Of a stretch of DNA of 64,000 nucleotides, positions 41,001 through 57,460 are shown one piece after another. Below the pieces are notes generated by a model, which was given only the letters and a program-made list of their open reading frames with translations, was not told where the DNA came from and did not search any database. The translations under genes were made by a program, and so were the position numbers. The stretch lies in assembly GCF_009914755.1 (NCBI RefSeq), contig NC_060947.1. One strand, written 5' to 3'. The first letter of the stretch is position 1. The number at the start of each line of letters is the position of its first letter. Origin of the DNA: the human T2T-CHM13v2.0 reference genome, Homo sapiens.

Positions 41001-41135
41001 TTTTTTGTTTGTTTTGTAGAGATGGGGGTCTCGCTATGTTACCCAGGCTGGTCTCAAACTCCTGGACTCAAACAGTCCTCCTGTCTCAGCCTCCCAAAGT
41101 GCTGGGATTACACGTGTGAGCCACTGCACCCAGCC
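41001..41135 (-). mobile_element. FLAM_C-like monomer
   Basis: Single arm; TSD ataggtcacagtt also encloses the MST inserted at its head. Confidence 0.85.
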
Positions 41136-41513
41136 TGTATTAGTCTGTTCTCACACAGCTATAAAGAACTACCTGAGACTGGTTAATTTATGAGGAAAAG
41201 AGGTTTAATTGATTCACAGTTCTGTGGGCTGTACAAAAGCATGGCTAGGAGGCCTCAGGAAACTTACAGTCATGCAGAAGGTGAAGGGGAAGCAAGCACG
41301 TCTTACCATGGCAGAGCAGGAGAGCGAGCGAGTGATGGGGGAAGTACCACACTTGTAAACCATCAGATCTCATGAGAACTCACTATCACGAGAACAGCAT
41401 GGGGAAAATCTGCCTCCATGATCCAATCACCTCCAACCAGGTCCCTCTCTTGACACACGAGGATTACAATTTGACATGAGATTTGGGTGTGGACACAGAG
41501 CCAAACCATATCA
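41136..41513 (-). mobile_element. MSTA/B LTR
   Basis: tgtattagtctgttctcacacagctataaagaactacc...ccaaaccatatca; TSD cagcc/caacc. Confidence 0.9.
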
Positions 41514-41675
41514 CAACCTATAGGTCACAGTTCTTTGTGTCTGGTCCCATCAGTCACGCAAGTTTGTCCCTTCCAGTGCCCTGATGTCTTAGAAGTGCTG
41601 GGTCCAGGTTGGCCCAGGTATCCATATTTTGTGAAACTCACAACTATTGCCTCTTTTCCAGTCCTAGGGAGTTCA

Positions 41676-41694
41676 ACAGCACCAGAGGGCTCAT
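41676..41694 (+). promoter_or_regulatory. CTCF-like motif
   Basis: acagCACCAGAGGGCtcat vs consensus tggcCACCAGGGGGCgcta; motif only. Confidence 0.35.
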
Positions 41695-41998
41695 CCTATA
41701 TTCCCTAAACACAATACAGAGGTCATACCCTTTCTGAAGACATTTAGATTGTCTTCTCCACTAACTACTGCCCCAATCCATCAGGCAGTTTCTCTCCTTT
41801 GACCCTTCAAACACAAGAGACTCTGTTTTCTGGATCCCAGGACTCAGTTTCCTCCAATGGACTCAGCTTTTCAAACACACCGCAAGCTTATTTATGTTAC
41901 ACTTCCTCCCCTTTTCTGTTTCGAGAATTATCTTAAGGTGGCTAAGGTGATAGATACTAGCGTCCAAAACCCAAGTTTATCCGATGAGAGAACACATT

Positions 41999-42101
41999 GA
42001 GATAAAGATATATAGAGATATAGATATCTATCTCTATATAGAGAGATAGGTATCTATCTCTATATAATTAGACATAGATATCTATAGAGATATATAGTCT
42101 C
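41999..42101. repeat. self-complementary (ATAG/CTAT) low-complexity repeat
   Basis: Palindromes tagatatcta and tctctatatagaga. Confidence 0.9.
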
Positions 42102-42743
42102 ATGGCATACATTTTAATCCTTTAAATGATGAACTTTCTAAAACGCACTCTGCCCAACCCTGCATTCACAGACTATATGAGAAGTCTTTTATGGTCTGCT
42201 TCCTGGTGCAGAGACATCATTGTATGGCAATGTTCTTGCTCTCCCTCTGCTGTGAGTGAATATCTCACAATTCTGGATCAATAGCTCTGCCTTTTGCTGT
42301 CCTCTTTCATCTAACTCCTTATTTTCAGTGAAACTGGATAACAAAATTTGCCAGGGTTATGTACAAATAAAACATTGGTAAGTAGCTCGATAAATATTTG
42401 TTAAGTAAATGAATGGGGTGTTCAATGATCTCTCGGGGGCTTCTCTCATGGGCCAACGTGCATGAGTGTTGTAACAGTAATTTCAGTGGCTCTGAGGCCT
42501 CTTTTGCCTCTGCCAGGGAGAGTTATATTCCATGGAGTTGAGGTTGCCAGGAGAGTGGCTTTCAGAAAAGTGCAGCATTGCAGATCTATTGTTTTCCAAA
42601 AGGAACAATTGTAAAAAATTTAAAAGGTAGTTTTGGACCACGAATCAGAGACCAAGGTTCTGTAGACTGGCCAATAGCTATCAGAGTGACTTTGGTAAGT
42701 CAACCACCCGCCTCAGAATGGGCCTTTAAAAAGGGCATATTTT

Positions 42744-43031
<288 letters not shown>

Positions 43032-43040
43032 AGGCATATT

Positions 43041-43272
43041 CCCAGCCTGGGCAACGTAGCAGGACCTCATCTCTACTAAAAAAAATAAAAAATTAGCCAG
43101 GTGTGGTGGCACATACCTGTAGTCTCAGCTACTCAGGAGGCTGAGACGAAGGACTGCTTGAGCCCGGGACGTCGAGGCTACAGGGAGCTATGATTGTGCC
43201 ACTGTACTCCAGCCTGAGCAACAGGCTGACACCCTGTCTCAAAAAATAAATAAGTAATAATAAAATAATAAA
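43041..43272 (+). mobile_element. AluJ, 5'-truncated
   Basis: Starts ccagcctgggcaac. Confidence 0.9.
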
Positions 43273-43459
43273 TACATTAAAAGGTCACATTCTGTGACTC
43301 AGTCACACTGTTAGAGTCACAATAAGTCATGTCATGCTTCATCAGCAAGTCGTCTCAGTCCAACAGTGGTATTCGGTATTTTCTCATGCCTGATTCAAAC
43401 CTCTGTAGGCTTGAGTGGGTGGTATTTTGGGGGCCATGTCACCATTACTCATCCACTCA

Positions 43460-43735
43460 TCCAGTCAAGCAACCAAGCATTCATACCTTTAGTTGTTTAT
43501 TCATTCGTTTGTTTAAAAAATAGCACCTACTACACATTAGACATATGATAACATGTAACTGCTAGTTTCATTATATACCCCGATCCTCTAGAATCTCTAA
43601 ATGGATAAATTTCCTAAATAAGTGACATTCTAGTAATACACAGACAATAAACAAAATAAATGAGTAAGATATATAGTATTTTAGATAGTGATATATGCTA
43701 AGAAAACAGGAAAAGGGATTGAAATGTCAGGGGAT
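43460..43735. mobile_element. L2 3' end fragment
   Basis: ttattcattcgtttg...gcacctactac...gacattctagt...agacaataaacaa. Confidence 0.55.
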
Positions 43736-43738
43736 GGA

Positions 43739-43890
43739 TTTTTTTTTTTCCAGACAGAATCTTGCTGTGTCACCCACTGCACTGGAGTGCAGTGGCACGA
43801 TCTCTGCTAACTGCAACCTCCGCCTCCCAGGTTCAAGCAATTCTCCTGCCTCAGCTTCCTGAGTAGCTGTGACTATAGGCGCGTACCACC
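43739..43890 (-). mobile_element. Alu right arm only
   Basis: Ends abruptly at gcgtaccacc. Confidence 0.9.
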
Positions 43891-44109
43891 TCTCTGGGTC
43901 TCTGTTTTCTAGTTTTTAGTAAAGTCAGATTGGATTAGTATTTGTTAACTATTTTTGGTTTGCAAACTCCTTTGCAAACCTGATTTAAGAAAAAAGAGCT
44001 CTCTTTCCTGCGTCATGCATCTCCGCATATATATATATATAAAACTCAGAGGCCAGTTTTTCATGGTCTCTCTATAACCTATTCCAAGACCTCCAAATTA
44101 AGACCCTAA

Positions 44110-46850
<2,741 letters not shown>

Positions 46851-46877
46851 CAGGGCAGCTAGAAACAGAAGAAATGA

Positions 46878-47111
<234 letters not shown>

Positions 47112-47465
47112 TGAAGGGAAGGGAGACAGACCCAAAGAAACAGTCTTTCGGGCAAGGCACATAGAGGTTTGAAATAAAGGTGCTGGCAGGGCCAAAAGCT
47201 CCAGAGAAGATTCTTTCTTTGCTTCTTTCTAGCTTCTGGTGGTTGCCAGCAATTCTTGGCATTCCTCAGCATTCAGTTCCATCACTCCAATGTCTTCCTA
47301 CATCTTCACATGGTCAGCATCCCTCTGTATGTGTCTGTGTCTCCTCTTCTTGTAAAATACCAGTCATATTGGATTTAATGCCACCCCTCCCCAACCCAGT
47401 ATCACCTCATTTTAACTGATTTCATCTGCAAAAACTATTTCCAAATAAGGTCTGAGATTCTGGGT

Positions 47466-47908
47466 TGATATGGTTTGGCTCTGTCCCCACCCAAATCTCA
47501 TCCTGAATTGTACTTCCCATAATCCCTATGTCATGGGAGGGACCAGGTGGAGATAATTGAATCATGCAGGGGTTGGGGGTTCCCCCATCCTGTTCTCATG
47601 ATAGTGAGTTCTCATGAAGTCTGATGGTTTTATAACAGGCTTCCCCTTTCACTGGGCACTCATTTTCCTTCCTGCCACCATGTGAAGAAGGACATGTTTG
47701 ATTCACCTTCTGCCATGATTGTAAAAAAAAAAAAAAAAATTCACCATCTTAACCATTTTTAAGTGTACAGTTCAGTGCCATTAAATACATTAATTTTCCT
47801 GAGCCCTCCCCAGCCATGCTAAATTGTGAGTGAATTAAACCTCTTTCCTTTATAAATTACCCAGTCTCGGGTATGTCTTTATCAGCAGTGTGAGAACAGA
47901 CTAATACA
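47466..47908 (+). mobile_element. THE1C/D solo LTR carrying a foreign ~70-bp insert
   Basis: tgatatggtttgg...gactaataca; perfect TSD tgggt. Confidence 0.93.
47723..47794 (+). repeat. direct copy of 49724-49792 (Alu A-tail plus L1MB flank)
   Basis: (A)n ttc...ttaaccatttttaagtgta.agttcagtgcca.taaa.acattaat. Confidence 0.88.
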
Positions 47909-48349
47909 TGGGTGGACATGACATTTTGGGGGACACTATCTTTTAGACCTCAGTTGGGACTTTCCATTTCTCTTTGGTAGATTTTATCAATTTCTTTTGA
48001 TCTTTCACCCAGTTCAGTGAGGTTCTTATTACTTTTCACAGTTCTTCCTGTAGGATCTTAGCTTTACAGATTTCATATGCATGCCTTCTATGTTTTTATC
48101 CACACTGTTGATAAAATATTAATTAAGAAAAGTGTTGAATAGGTGAGGGTCAACCTGGGGCATACCACTTTTGATCTCACTTCTGGTACAGAAATAGTTT
48201 TTTAATCAACTAAGCAATCACTTATATCTACTATTATCCAATTACATGTCTCCCTCCTGTCCAAAAGGATGTCAAACACCTGGTTGAAACCAAGACACAC
48301 GAAATATACAGCATCTTCTTAATGGATCGGTCTAGAAATTGCTGTCTCC

Positions 48350-49075
48350 TAAGCCACAATGAGATGCCACTTCTCACCTACTAGGATTTATAAGGAAAAA
48401 AAAAAAGAAAATAACAAGTGTTAAGGATGTGGAAAAATTGGAACCCTCATGCATTGTTGGTGGGATTGTAAAATGGTGCAGCCACTATGGGAAACAGTTC
48501 GGCAGTTCCTCAAAAGATTAAACACAGAACTATCATATGACCCAGCAATTCTGCTCCTACGTATTTTCAGTTCAAAAGAATTGAAAGCAGGGACTCAAAC
48601 AGCTATTTGTACCCCAATGTTCATAGCAGCATTATTCACAATAGCCAAAAGGTGGACACAACCTTTTGTTGTGTCTATCCACCGATGAATGGGCAAATAA
48701 AATGTAGCATATCCTAGAATATCATTCAGCCTTAAAAAGGAAGGTAAATCTCATACACGCTACAACATGGATGAACCTGGAAAATGTTCTGCTTAGTGAA
48801 ATAAGCCAGACACAGTAGAACAAATATGGCATGATTCCACTTATATGAGGTGCCCAGGATAGACAAATTCATAGAGACAGAAAGTAGAATAGAGTTTACC
48901 AGGGGCTTGGAGGAGTTATTGTTTAATGGATACAGAGTTTTTGTTGGAGATGATGGAAAAGTTGTGAGTATAGATAGTGGTGATGGTAACACAACATTGT
49001 GAATGCATTTAATGCCACTGAATCGTACAAGTGGTTAAAATGATAAATATTACTTTATATTTTGCCACAATACAA
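48350..49075 (+). mobile_element. L1MB-like 3' end
   Basis: ORF 48449-48688 resembles the L1 ORF2p tail ([13 protein letters not shown]); L1MB 3'UTR. Confidence 0.88.
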
Positions 49076-49472
49076 ACAAGCAGAAAAAAATTGCCCCCCT
49101 CAAAAGAGATGCTTCCCCCGCAAAAAAGAAAGTTAGTTGTTGTAACTTCAAACGTGTACCTTGGGACCCTAGAGTTGGCAGAAAAGTTAGAGCAGAGCAA
49201 AGCAAAGCTTTAGCTTTGCATCAAGGTATTATTTTAAAGCAATTTCTTGGGAAATAATTTGATGAAGGCTTCATTTTTATGTTTTTGAAGTAAAGCAGTT
49301 TTTCTTTGTTCAGAAATTTTGTGGATTCAATTAAATCCACTACATGTATTGAAGAAAGTATGCATTGAAAGAATTAAAAGTCCTGGTCCCTGCTATCTTG
49401 GAGAATGCCCAAAATCCCAGTTGTTTTTTCCCCTTAAAAAATTGTGGTAAAACACACATAACATAAAATTCA

Positions 49473-49743
<271 letters not shown>

Positions 49744-49913
49744 TTCTTAACCATTTTTAAGTGTATAGTTCAGTGCCACTAAACACATTAATAATAATGT
49801 ACTACCATCACCACCATTCACCTCCGTAACTCATTTTATCTTAGAAAACTGAAACTCTGTACACATTAAACAGTAACTCCCCTTTCATCCAGCCCCTGGC
49901 AATCACCATTCTG

Positions 49914-50197
49914 TTTTCTTTCTTTTTGAGACAGGGCATTACTCTATCACCCAGGCTGGAGTACAGTGGCATGATCTTGGCTCGCTGCAGCCTTGACCTC
50001 CCGGGATGAGGCGATCCTCCCACCTCAGCCTTCCGCATAGCTGGGAGTACAGGTGTGCACCACCACACCCAGCTATTTTTTTGTATTTTTGTAGAGATGG
50101 GGTTTTACTCTGTTGTCGAACTTCTGGGCTCAAAGGATCCACCCGCCTTGGCTTCCCAAAGTGCTAAGATTACAGGCATGAGCCACTGCACCCGGCC
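49914..50197 (-). mobile_element. AluJ
   Basis: TSD accatt[c/t]tgttttct. Confidence 0.92.
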
Positions 50198-50787
50198 ACC
50201 ATTTTGTTTTCTGTGTCAATTAATTTACTCTAGATACCTCGTATAGGTAGAATCATGCAGTATTTGTCTTCTTGTGTCTGGCTTAGTAGAATGTCCTCAA
50301 GGTTCATCCACGTTGTAGCATGTGTCAGAATTTCCTTTTAAGGCTGAAGAATATTCCCCAGTTGCCTTTAAATTCTTCATTTGTCTTGTAGTATAAGGAT
50401 GCGATTATTACTATATTCTGTCCTTACCCTTAGAGAAGTAACACCTCGTGGCACTTGACTGTGGGTTCTCTGGGGTGAGAAACCATGTGCTATTTATTTT
50501 AATCTGGCACTTGACACATTAATGCTTGTTGGATGGACAAACAACAGTTAAGAGATGTCGAAAGTAGACACCATGTGGCTCTTCTGGGCAGGACCTCATG
50601 GAATGCCCACTTGGAGATGGGGACGCTGATGGGTCCAGATTCTGACCTTGTTTTAAAGTTTCAGAATATGGTGATGCAACTGTAGAAAGCTGATTTCTGC
50701 TAGCTCATGAGAGATTGTTTTGTATTTTATCACAACTTCATTGAGATATAATTCATATAATTTACTGACTTAAGATGTAAAATTCAG

Positions 50788-51125
<338 letters not shown>

Positions 51126-51294
51126 TTAGTATATTCAGACTTGTACAACCACCACCACAGTCAATTTTAGAATACTTTTGTCCTCTATTAAAAGAAACCG
51201 GTACCTTTTGGCAGTCACTCCCCAGTCTCACCTCCCCCAGCCCCTGGCAACCACTAACGTGCGACGTTCTGTCTCTCTAGATTTGCCCATTCTG

Positions 51295-51615
<321 letters not shown>

Positions 51616-51779
51616 TTAATATGGAATCATATGTGTCCTTTTGTGTCTGGTTTCTTTCACTTAGCATAATGTTTTCAAGGTTCATCTATGTTGTAGCACT
51701 TCATTCCTTTTTAATGGGCAAATAATATTCCATTATGTGGCTATCCCACGTTTTATTTTTTCGATCATCGTTTGATGAA

Positions 51780-52633
51780 TGTTATGGATTGAATTGTGCC
51801 GGCTTCCAAAAGAAAGGTATGTTGAAGTCCTAACCCCCAGTACCTCAGAATGTGACCTTATTTGGAAATAGGGTTGTTGCAGATGTAATGAGATAAGATG
51901 AGGTCATATTGGAGCAGGGTGGGCTCTTAACCCAATATGACTGTAGTATCCTCATAAGAGAAGAGGGACAGAAACATGCAGGGAAAATGCCACGTGACGA
52001 CAGAGGCAGAGGCCGGAGTTATGCGGTTGCAGGCCACGGAAGTCCAAGGCTTGCCAGTCACCACCAGAAATTGAAAGAGGCAGGGAAGGTTCTCCCCTAG
52101 GGCCTTCAGAAGTAGCATAGCCATGCCAGCCTTTGATTTTGGACTTCAAACCTTCATAACTGTGAGAGGATAAATGTGTGTGTGTTAAGCCACCCAGTTT
52201 GTGGAATTTTGTTATGGCAGCCTGATACGGTTTGGATTTATATCCCTGCCCAAATCTCATGTTGAATTGTAATCCCCAGTATTGGGAGAGGGGCCTGGAG
52301 GGAGGTGATTGGATCATGGCGACAGATTTCTTCCTTGCTGTTCTCGTGGTAGTGAGTTCTTATGAAATCTGGCTGTTTAAAAGTGTGTAGCACCTCCCCC
52401 TGCTCTCTCTTCCTCCTCCCCCGGCCACGTAAAACAAGCCTGCTTCCCCTTTGCCTTCCTCCATGATAGAAAGTTTCCTGAGGCCTCCCCAGCCATGTTT
52501 CCTGTACAGCTTGCAGAATTGTGAGTCCATTAAGCCTCTTTTCTTTATAACTGAACCAGTCTCAGGTAGTTCTTTATAGCAATTAATTCATTCTCATGAA
52601 TGGATTAATACATAGCCCTAGGAAACTCATACA
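51780..52633 (+). mobile_element. MLT1C-like LTR split by MSTA
   Basis: gaagtcctaacccccagtacctcagaatgtgaccttatttggaaataggg...gccctaggaaactcataca. Confidence 0.88.
52223..52612 (+). mobile_element. MSTA LTR
   Basis: tgatacggtttgg...caaatctcatgttgaattgtaatcccc...taataca; TSD cagcc/tagcc. Confidence 0.9.
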
Positions 52634-52719
52634 ATGGGCATTTGGGTTGCTTCCACTAGAGACTCAGTTTTAATATTATGTCTGCATTATATGTGAAATA
52701 ATGCTTTTGGCTCAGTCAA

Positions 52720-53165
52720 GCACATTGTCTCAGTTAATTCACACAACAACCTTGTGAGGCAGGTTTAATTCTCTCCAGTTTCTCAATTAAAAAAACTAAG
52801 GCCTTGGCTGGGCACCGTGGCTCATGCCTGTCATCTCAGCACTTTGGGAGGCTGAGGTGGGCGGATCACTTGAGGTCAGGAGTTTGAGATCAGCCTGGCC
52901 ACCATGGTGAAATCCTGTCTGTACTTTAAAAAAAAAAAAAAAAGGCTAAGGCCCAGATAAGATATTAAAGGGCCAAGTCAGGATTTAAATCCAGGTCTTC
53001 TGATTCTAGGTTTAGTGCTCAACCAGAATGCCAAGAAGGTAACTTACAGCGGGAGAGACAAATGGGTAAGAGAGTATATCTTTCCCTGAGAAAGATATCA
53101 TAGCAATGACAATAGCTAGCATTTATTGAGTATTTACTAAGTGCTGGGCACTGTGCTAAATACCT
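52720..53165 (-). mobile_element. MIR fragments
   Basis: cacaacaaccttgtgaggcagg...ggatttaaatccaggtc; gcatttattgagtatttact. Confidence 0.65.
52806..52943 (+). mobile_element. Alu left arm only, with polyA
   Basis: TSD ctaaggcc. Confidence 0.9.
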
Positions 53166-53174
53166 TTTTCACAC

Positions 53175-54098
53175 GTGGCAAACACTGCTAGTTGCCTACA
53201 TATCTTCCTCTTCTTCCTAAGAGAAACCCAAGCTACCCAAGGTTTCGATGATAGCAGCTGAAAATTACATTTCCCAGCGTTTATTGCAACCAGGGCTGAT
53301 CAAGCGTCATAGTTTTAGGCAATATAATTTCTGTGGAAGTTGCAGTGAATTTCCAATGTGGCAGAGATAGTTAGCAGTACCCCCCAAAGACTCACGTTCC
53401 CTTTCCATGGCATAGAGATGTTGCTGGGAAGAATTGCCCATTCGGGGGCTATATTTTCTGGCTCCCTTTGAATCTATGTGGACCCATGTGACTGAAGTCT
53501 GGCCAATAAAATGTGGGCAAAAATATACCTTGATTCTAGACTTGATCCATAAACCTTCCTACACAATTCCCCATGCTCCCTCTCTCCCCGCATCTGCTGG
53601 CGGCACATTCATGCCTATTATGACCCTGGAAGCCACATCTAAATTGGTCCCTGCAGGACCGCACTGAGAAGAGCTGCATCCCATCCTCTCCCCATAACTC
53701 CCGCTCCCTGCTATCAATTGGCCTTGGCAAGAGTGAGAAATAAACTTCTATTGTGTTAATTCACTGATGAGTAGGGCTTGTTTGTTACGGCACTTAGCCT
53801 ACCCTGCCTTAAACATCTGGGAAAGCTTTTGCTTTCTTGATTCAGTCATCACCCCTCCTTCCTTTTCCCTGCCAGAAATACAGACATGATGGCTAAGGCT
53901 GCAGCAGCTATGTTGGGATCATGAGAGAAAGGTCATGGAACCGCAAAGACCTCAGCTCTGAAATCTTTGAGCCCCTTCACCAAGGCCAGTGACCACCTAC
54001 CTCTGGGCTTGTCAGAAAAAATCATCTCCTGATCTGAGGAAGCCACTATTTAGTCAGAGATTCTGTTGCTCACAATCAAACACAATTCCTAACAGATA
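53175..54098 (+). mobile_element. old MLT1 LTRs (J/I-like, with a nested MLT1 at ~53357-53812)
   Basis: tacatttcccagc; gagaaataaacttctattgtgttaa; gacatgatggct..gctgcagcagc. Confidence 0.6.
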
Positions 54099-54257
54099 GA
54101 CTCCATTGTTCACCCGACTCCTCACAGGCAAGCACTATTCACATTCCTAATTTAACTAGGAATGTTAATTTCTAAATTTAATTTCCTAAATTTAATTTCT
54201 AAGAAATTAAAAATTTTGTTGAAGATCACATAGCTAAGTAAGAGACAGAAACAAGGG

Positions 54258-54608
54258 TATATTTGTTCTCATGCTACTAATAAAGACATACCCAAGACTG
54301 GGTAATTTATAAAGAAAAAGAGGTTTAATGGACTCACAGTTCCACACAGCTGAGGAGGCCTCACAATCATGGTGGAAGGTGAAAGAGGAGCAAAGGCACC
54401 TCTTACATGGCAGCAGTTGAGAGAGTGTGCAGGGGAACTGCCCTTTATAAAACCATCAGATCTTGTGAGACTTATTCACTATCATGAGAACAGCATGGGA
54501 AAATCCCACCCCCATGATTCAATTACCTCTCACCGAGTCCCTCCCGTAATACATGGGGCGCTACAATTCAAGGTGAGATTTGGGTAGGGACACAGCCAAA
54601 CCATATCA
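54258..54608 (-). mobile_element. THE1 solo LTR
   Basis: aataaagacatacccaagactgggtaatttat...cacagccaaaccatatca; TSD aaggg/caggg. Confidence 0.92.
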
Positions 54609-55024
54609 CAGGGCTCTAACCATTAGGCTGCAAATATTAACCAATGTACCATATTGATTTTTTCTATTTTTTTTCCTAAAACTGCCTATTGTTCTATCTT
54701 GCATGGCATCATTACATAAGATCTTGAAATCAGAAACCCAAATTCAACCACTTATTTTTTAATTCAAGTATATTTATGGGTATATTTTCATAGCTTCAAG
54801 CAGCGATGTTGGAAGATAATGCTTCATACAGCTGAGCATAAGGACGGAGAAACAATCTGCAATCTTAAAGCAGAAATAGATCACCATTTGAACTTGCCAT
54901 ATTAGCAATGAAGTAAGATTGATCACATTACTAAAGAATCTCTTGGTGGCGGAGTCATTTGATTTGCAAAAGGACTAAAAGGCAACAATTTAAAAGAATC
55001 CAAACTTTCATACTTATTATATAT

Positions 55025-55325
55025 TCTTTTCTTTCTTTTCTTGAAACAGGGTCTCCATTTGTTGCCCAGGCTGGAACGCAGTGGTACGATCATGGCTCGC
55101 TGCAGTCTCAACCTCCCAGGCTCAACTGATCCTTCCACTGCAGCCTCCTGAGTAGCTGGGACTATAGGCGCATGTCACCACACCCAGCTAATTAAACAAA
55201 TTTTTTTTGGTAGACACGGGGTCTCCCTATGTTGACCAGGCTGGTTTTGAACTCCTGGGCTCAAGTGATCTACCTGCCCCCTGCTTCCCAAAGTGCTGGG
55301 ATTACAGGTGTGAGCTTCTGTGCCC
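55025..55325 (-). mobile_element. AluJ
   Basis: TSD tattcttttctt. Confidence 0.92.
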
Positions 55326-55582
55326 TATTCTTTTCTTAATCCAATTCTTCTCTTAGAAATAATGTATCACACTTTCATGCTTTAAAATATACTATGTCTT
55401 TCCTTGATTTAATTCTCTTCTTTCAGTGGCATAAAAATACTTATCATCTTTGCTTCTTTTCTCTCATAGGGTGCCAGTTCTACATCTGCTGTCCTCCAGG
55501 AATTAAATAACCAGCTCATAAGCCTGGAATTCCCTGGATGTAAACTGACTATAGGGGACAAACAGTAAAGACACCCAGGAAG

Positions 55583-55870
55583 AGGCTAAGCATGATGGCT
55601 CATGCCTGGAATCCCAGCACTTTGGGAGGCTGCCGTGGACAGGTCACTTGAGGTTAGGAGATCGAGACCAGCCTGGCCAACATGGTGAAACCCCATCTCT
55701 ACTAAAAATACAAAAATTAGCTGGGCTTGGTGGTGCCTGCCTGTAATCCCACCTACTCGGGAGGCTGAGGGAGGAAACTTGCTTGAACCTGGGAAGCAGA
55801 GGTTGCAGTGAACCGAGATCACGCCACTGCACTCCAGCTTGGGTGACAGAGAATCTGTCCCCCAAAAAAA
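55583..55870 (+). mobile_element. AluS
   Basis: TSD aagacacccagga. Confidence 0.93.
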
Positions 55871-56506
55871 GACACCCAGGAGGGTGTGAGGATGAACATG
55901 CCCCAGTAAACAACTTGACTCCTCTAGTGGGTATATTTTGGGGTATCTATCTAGCCAAAAAGCCAGTGATTACCCCTGTCACCAGGAATTATCTCTCCAA
56001 ACTCTCTCACCCCTGCCCCCAGTTTTTAAAGTGATACCCCTTGGAGGGTGTTTGTACGCTGATTCCCACACCTCACTGGCTACAGAAAATTGCCTGGGTT
56101 CAGCATCTAACCCAAGGGCAACTAAAATCTTTTTTCCAGGAAATTTGGAAGTTTAATTCTGTGACATTCAAGGTCCATCTGGGTTTTAGGACAGCAGAGA
56201 TGTAAAAACTCAGAAATAGTGGCAGGTGTGCTGAAAGCTGAAATGCAGAGAGAAGAATTAGTTGTGCAGAGAAAAGCAGGATAAAGAGAAAGAAAGAGAG
56301 AGAGAGGAAATATGAGAATTCCCCAGCTTCCCAATAATGAGTTTGATTTTAATTCCTTTCTAGGTCTCCACTGTGTAAGTTCCATAAGGCAGGTCAGTAG
56401 TCTTATAATGAATTCTTGCTTTGGTTAAGTTCGCTTAAGTTGGTTTCTGTATTTGTAACCAGGGCCCTAACTGACACACATTACAAGAATAGCTCGAGTG
56501 ATAAAT

Positions 56507-56556
56507 GTGTCAACAATAGCTAATGGACCTAGTGTCAACAATAGCTAATGGACCTA
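56507..56556. repeat. perfect 25-bp tandem duplication
   Basis: (gtgtcaacaatagctaatggaccta)x2. Confidence 0.97.
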
Positions 56557-56581
56557 GTAGAATTGTTAAGTAAAAGCTGAT

Positions 56582-57080
56582 GACCAGGCACGGTAGCTCA
56601 CGCCTGTAATCCCAGCACTTTGGGAGGCTGAGGCAGGTAGATCACGAGGTCAGGGGTTCAAGACCAGCCTGGCCAAGTTGGTGAAACCCCATCTCTACTA
56701 AAAATATAAAAATTAGCTGGGCATGGTGGCGGGTGCCTGTAATCGCAGCTACTCGGGAGGCTGAGGCAGAGAATTGCTTGAACCCAGGAGGCAGAGGTTG
56801 CAGTGAGCCGAGATCATGCCACTGCATTCTAGCCTGGGCAACAGAGTGAGACTGTGTCTCAAAAAAAAAAAAAATAAAAAAATAAAAAATAAAAAAACAA
56901 AACAAAACACAAAAACACAAAAATTAGCCGGTTGTGGTGGTGTGTGCCTGTAGTCCAAGCGGCTCAGGCAGCTGAGCCAGGAGAATGGCTTGAACCTGGG
57001 AGGCAGAGGTTGCAGCGAGCTGAGATTGCGCCACTGCACTCCAGACTGGGCAACAGAGTGAGACTCCATCTCATAAATAA
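56582..57080 (+). mobile_element. Alu dimer followed by an extra right arm
   Basis: Full Alu 56582-~56900, then linker and right arm to 57080. Confidence 0.9.
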
Positions 57081-57089
57081 GCAGCTATT

Positions 57090-57460
57090 GTAAGGTTTCC
57101 AGCAGCAAAGTGGTCTATGAACCACCATATAGAAAGATTGGCTGCTGGGTGTGGAATGGGGCAAGAGCAGGAGAGAGAGAGAGAGGCTGATACATTCGGC
57201 AGACAACTGCAGTACCAAGGTGGAAGGCGTTAATAGCTTGGATCAGGCAGGTGGCCGTGGGGGTGGTGAGAAGCGGGTGAATGTTAGTTATGCTTCAGAG
57301 AGAGAGAGACAGAACTTATTGACTGCGGAGGAAGGGAATCAGATGGGAGGGATGAGGGAAGGGAAAGAATCAAAGAGGAATCCAAGTGACTGGCTTAACA
57401 AGAGGGTAGATTTGGGGACCATCTCCTGAAATGGAGAATACTGGACAAAGACCAGTATGG
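57090..57460. mobile_element. L2 fragment
   Basis: ggtggccgtgggggtggtgagaag...gaatcaagaggaatccaag. Confidence 0.55.

Larger units (their letters stand above)
47175..47940 (-). mobile_element. MLT1B/C-like LTR split by THE1
   Basis: agcttctggtggttgccagcaattcttggcattcct...ctatttccaaataaggtc...ttgggggacactat. Confidence 0.8.
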
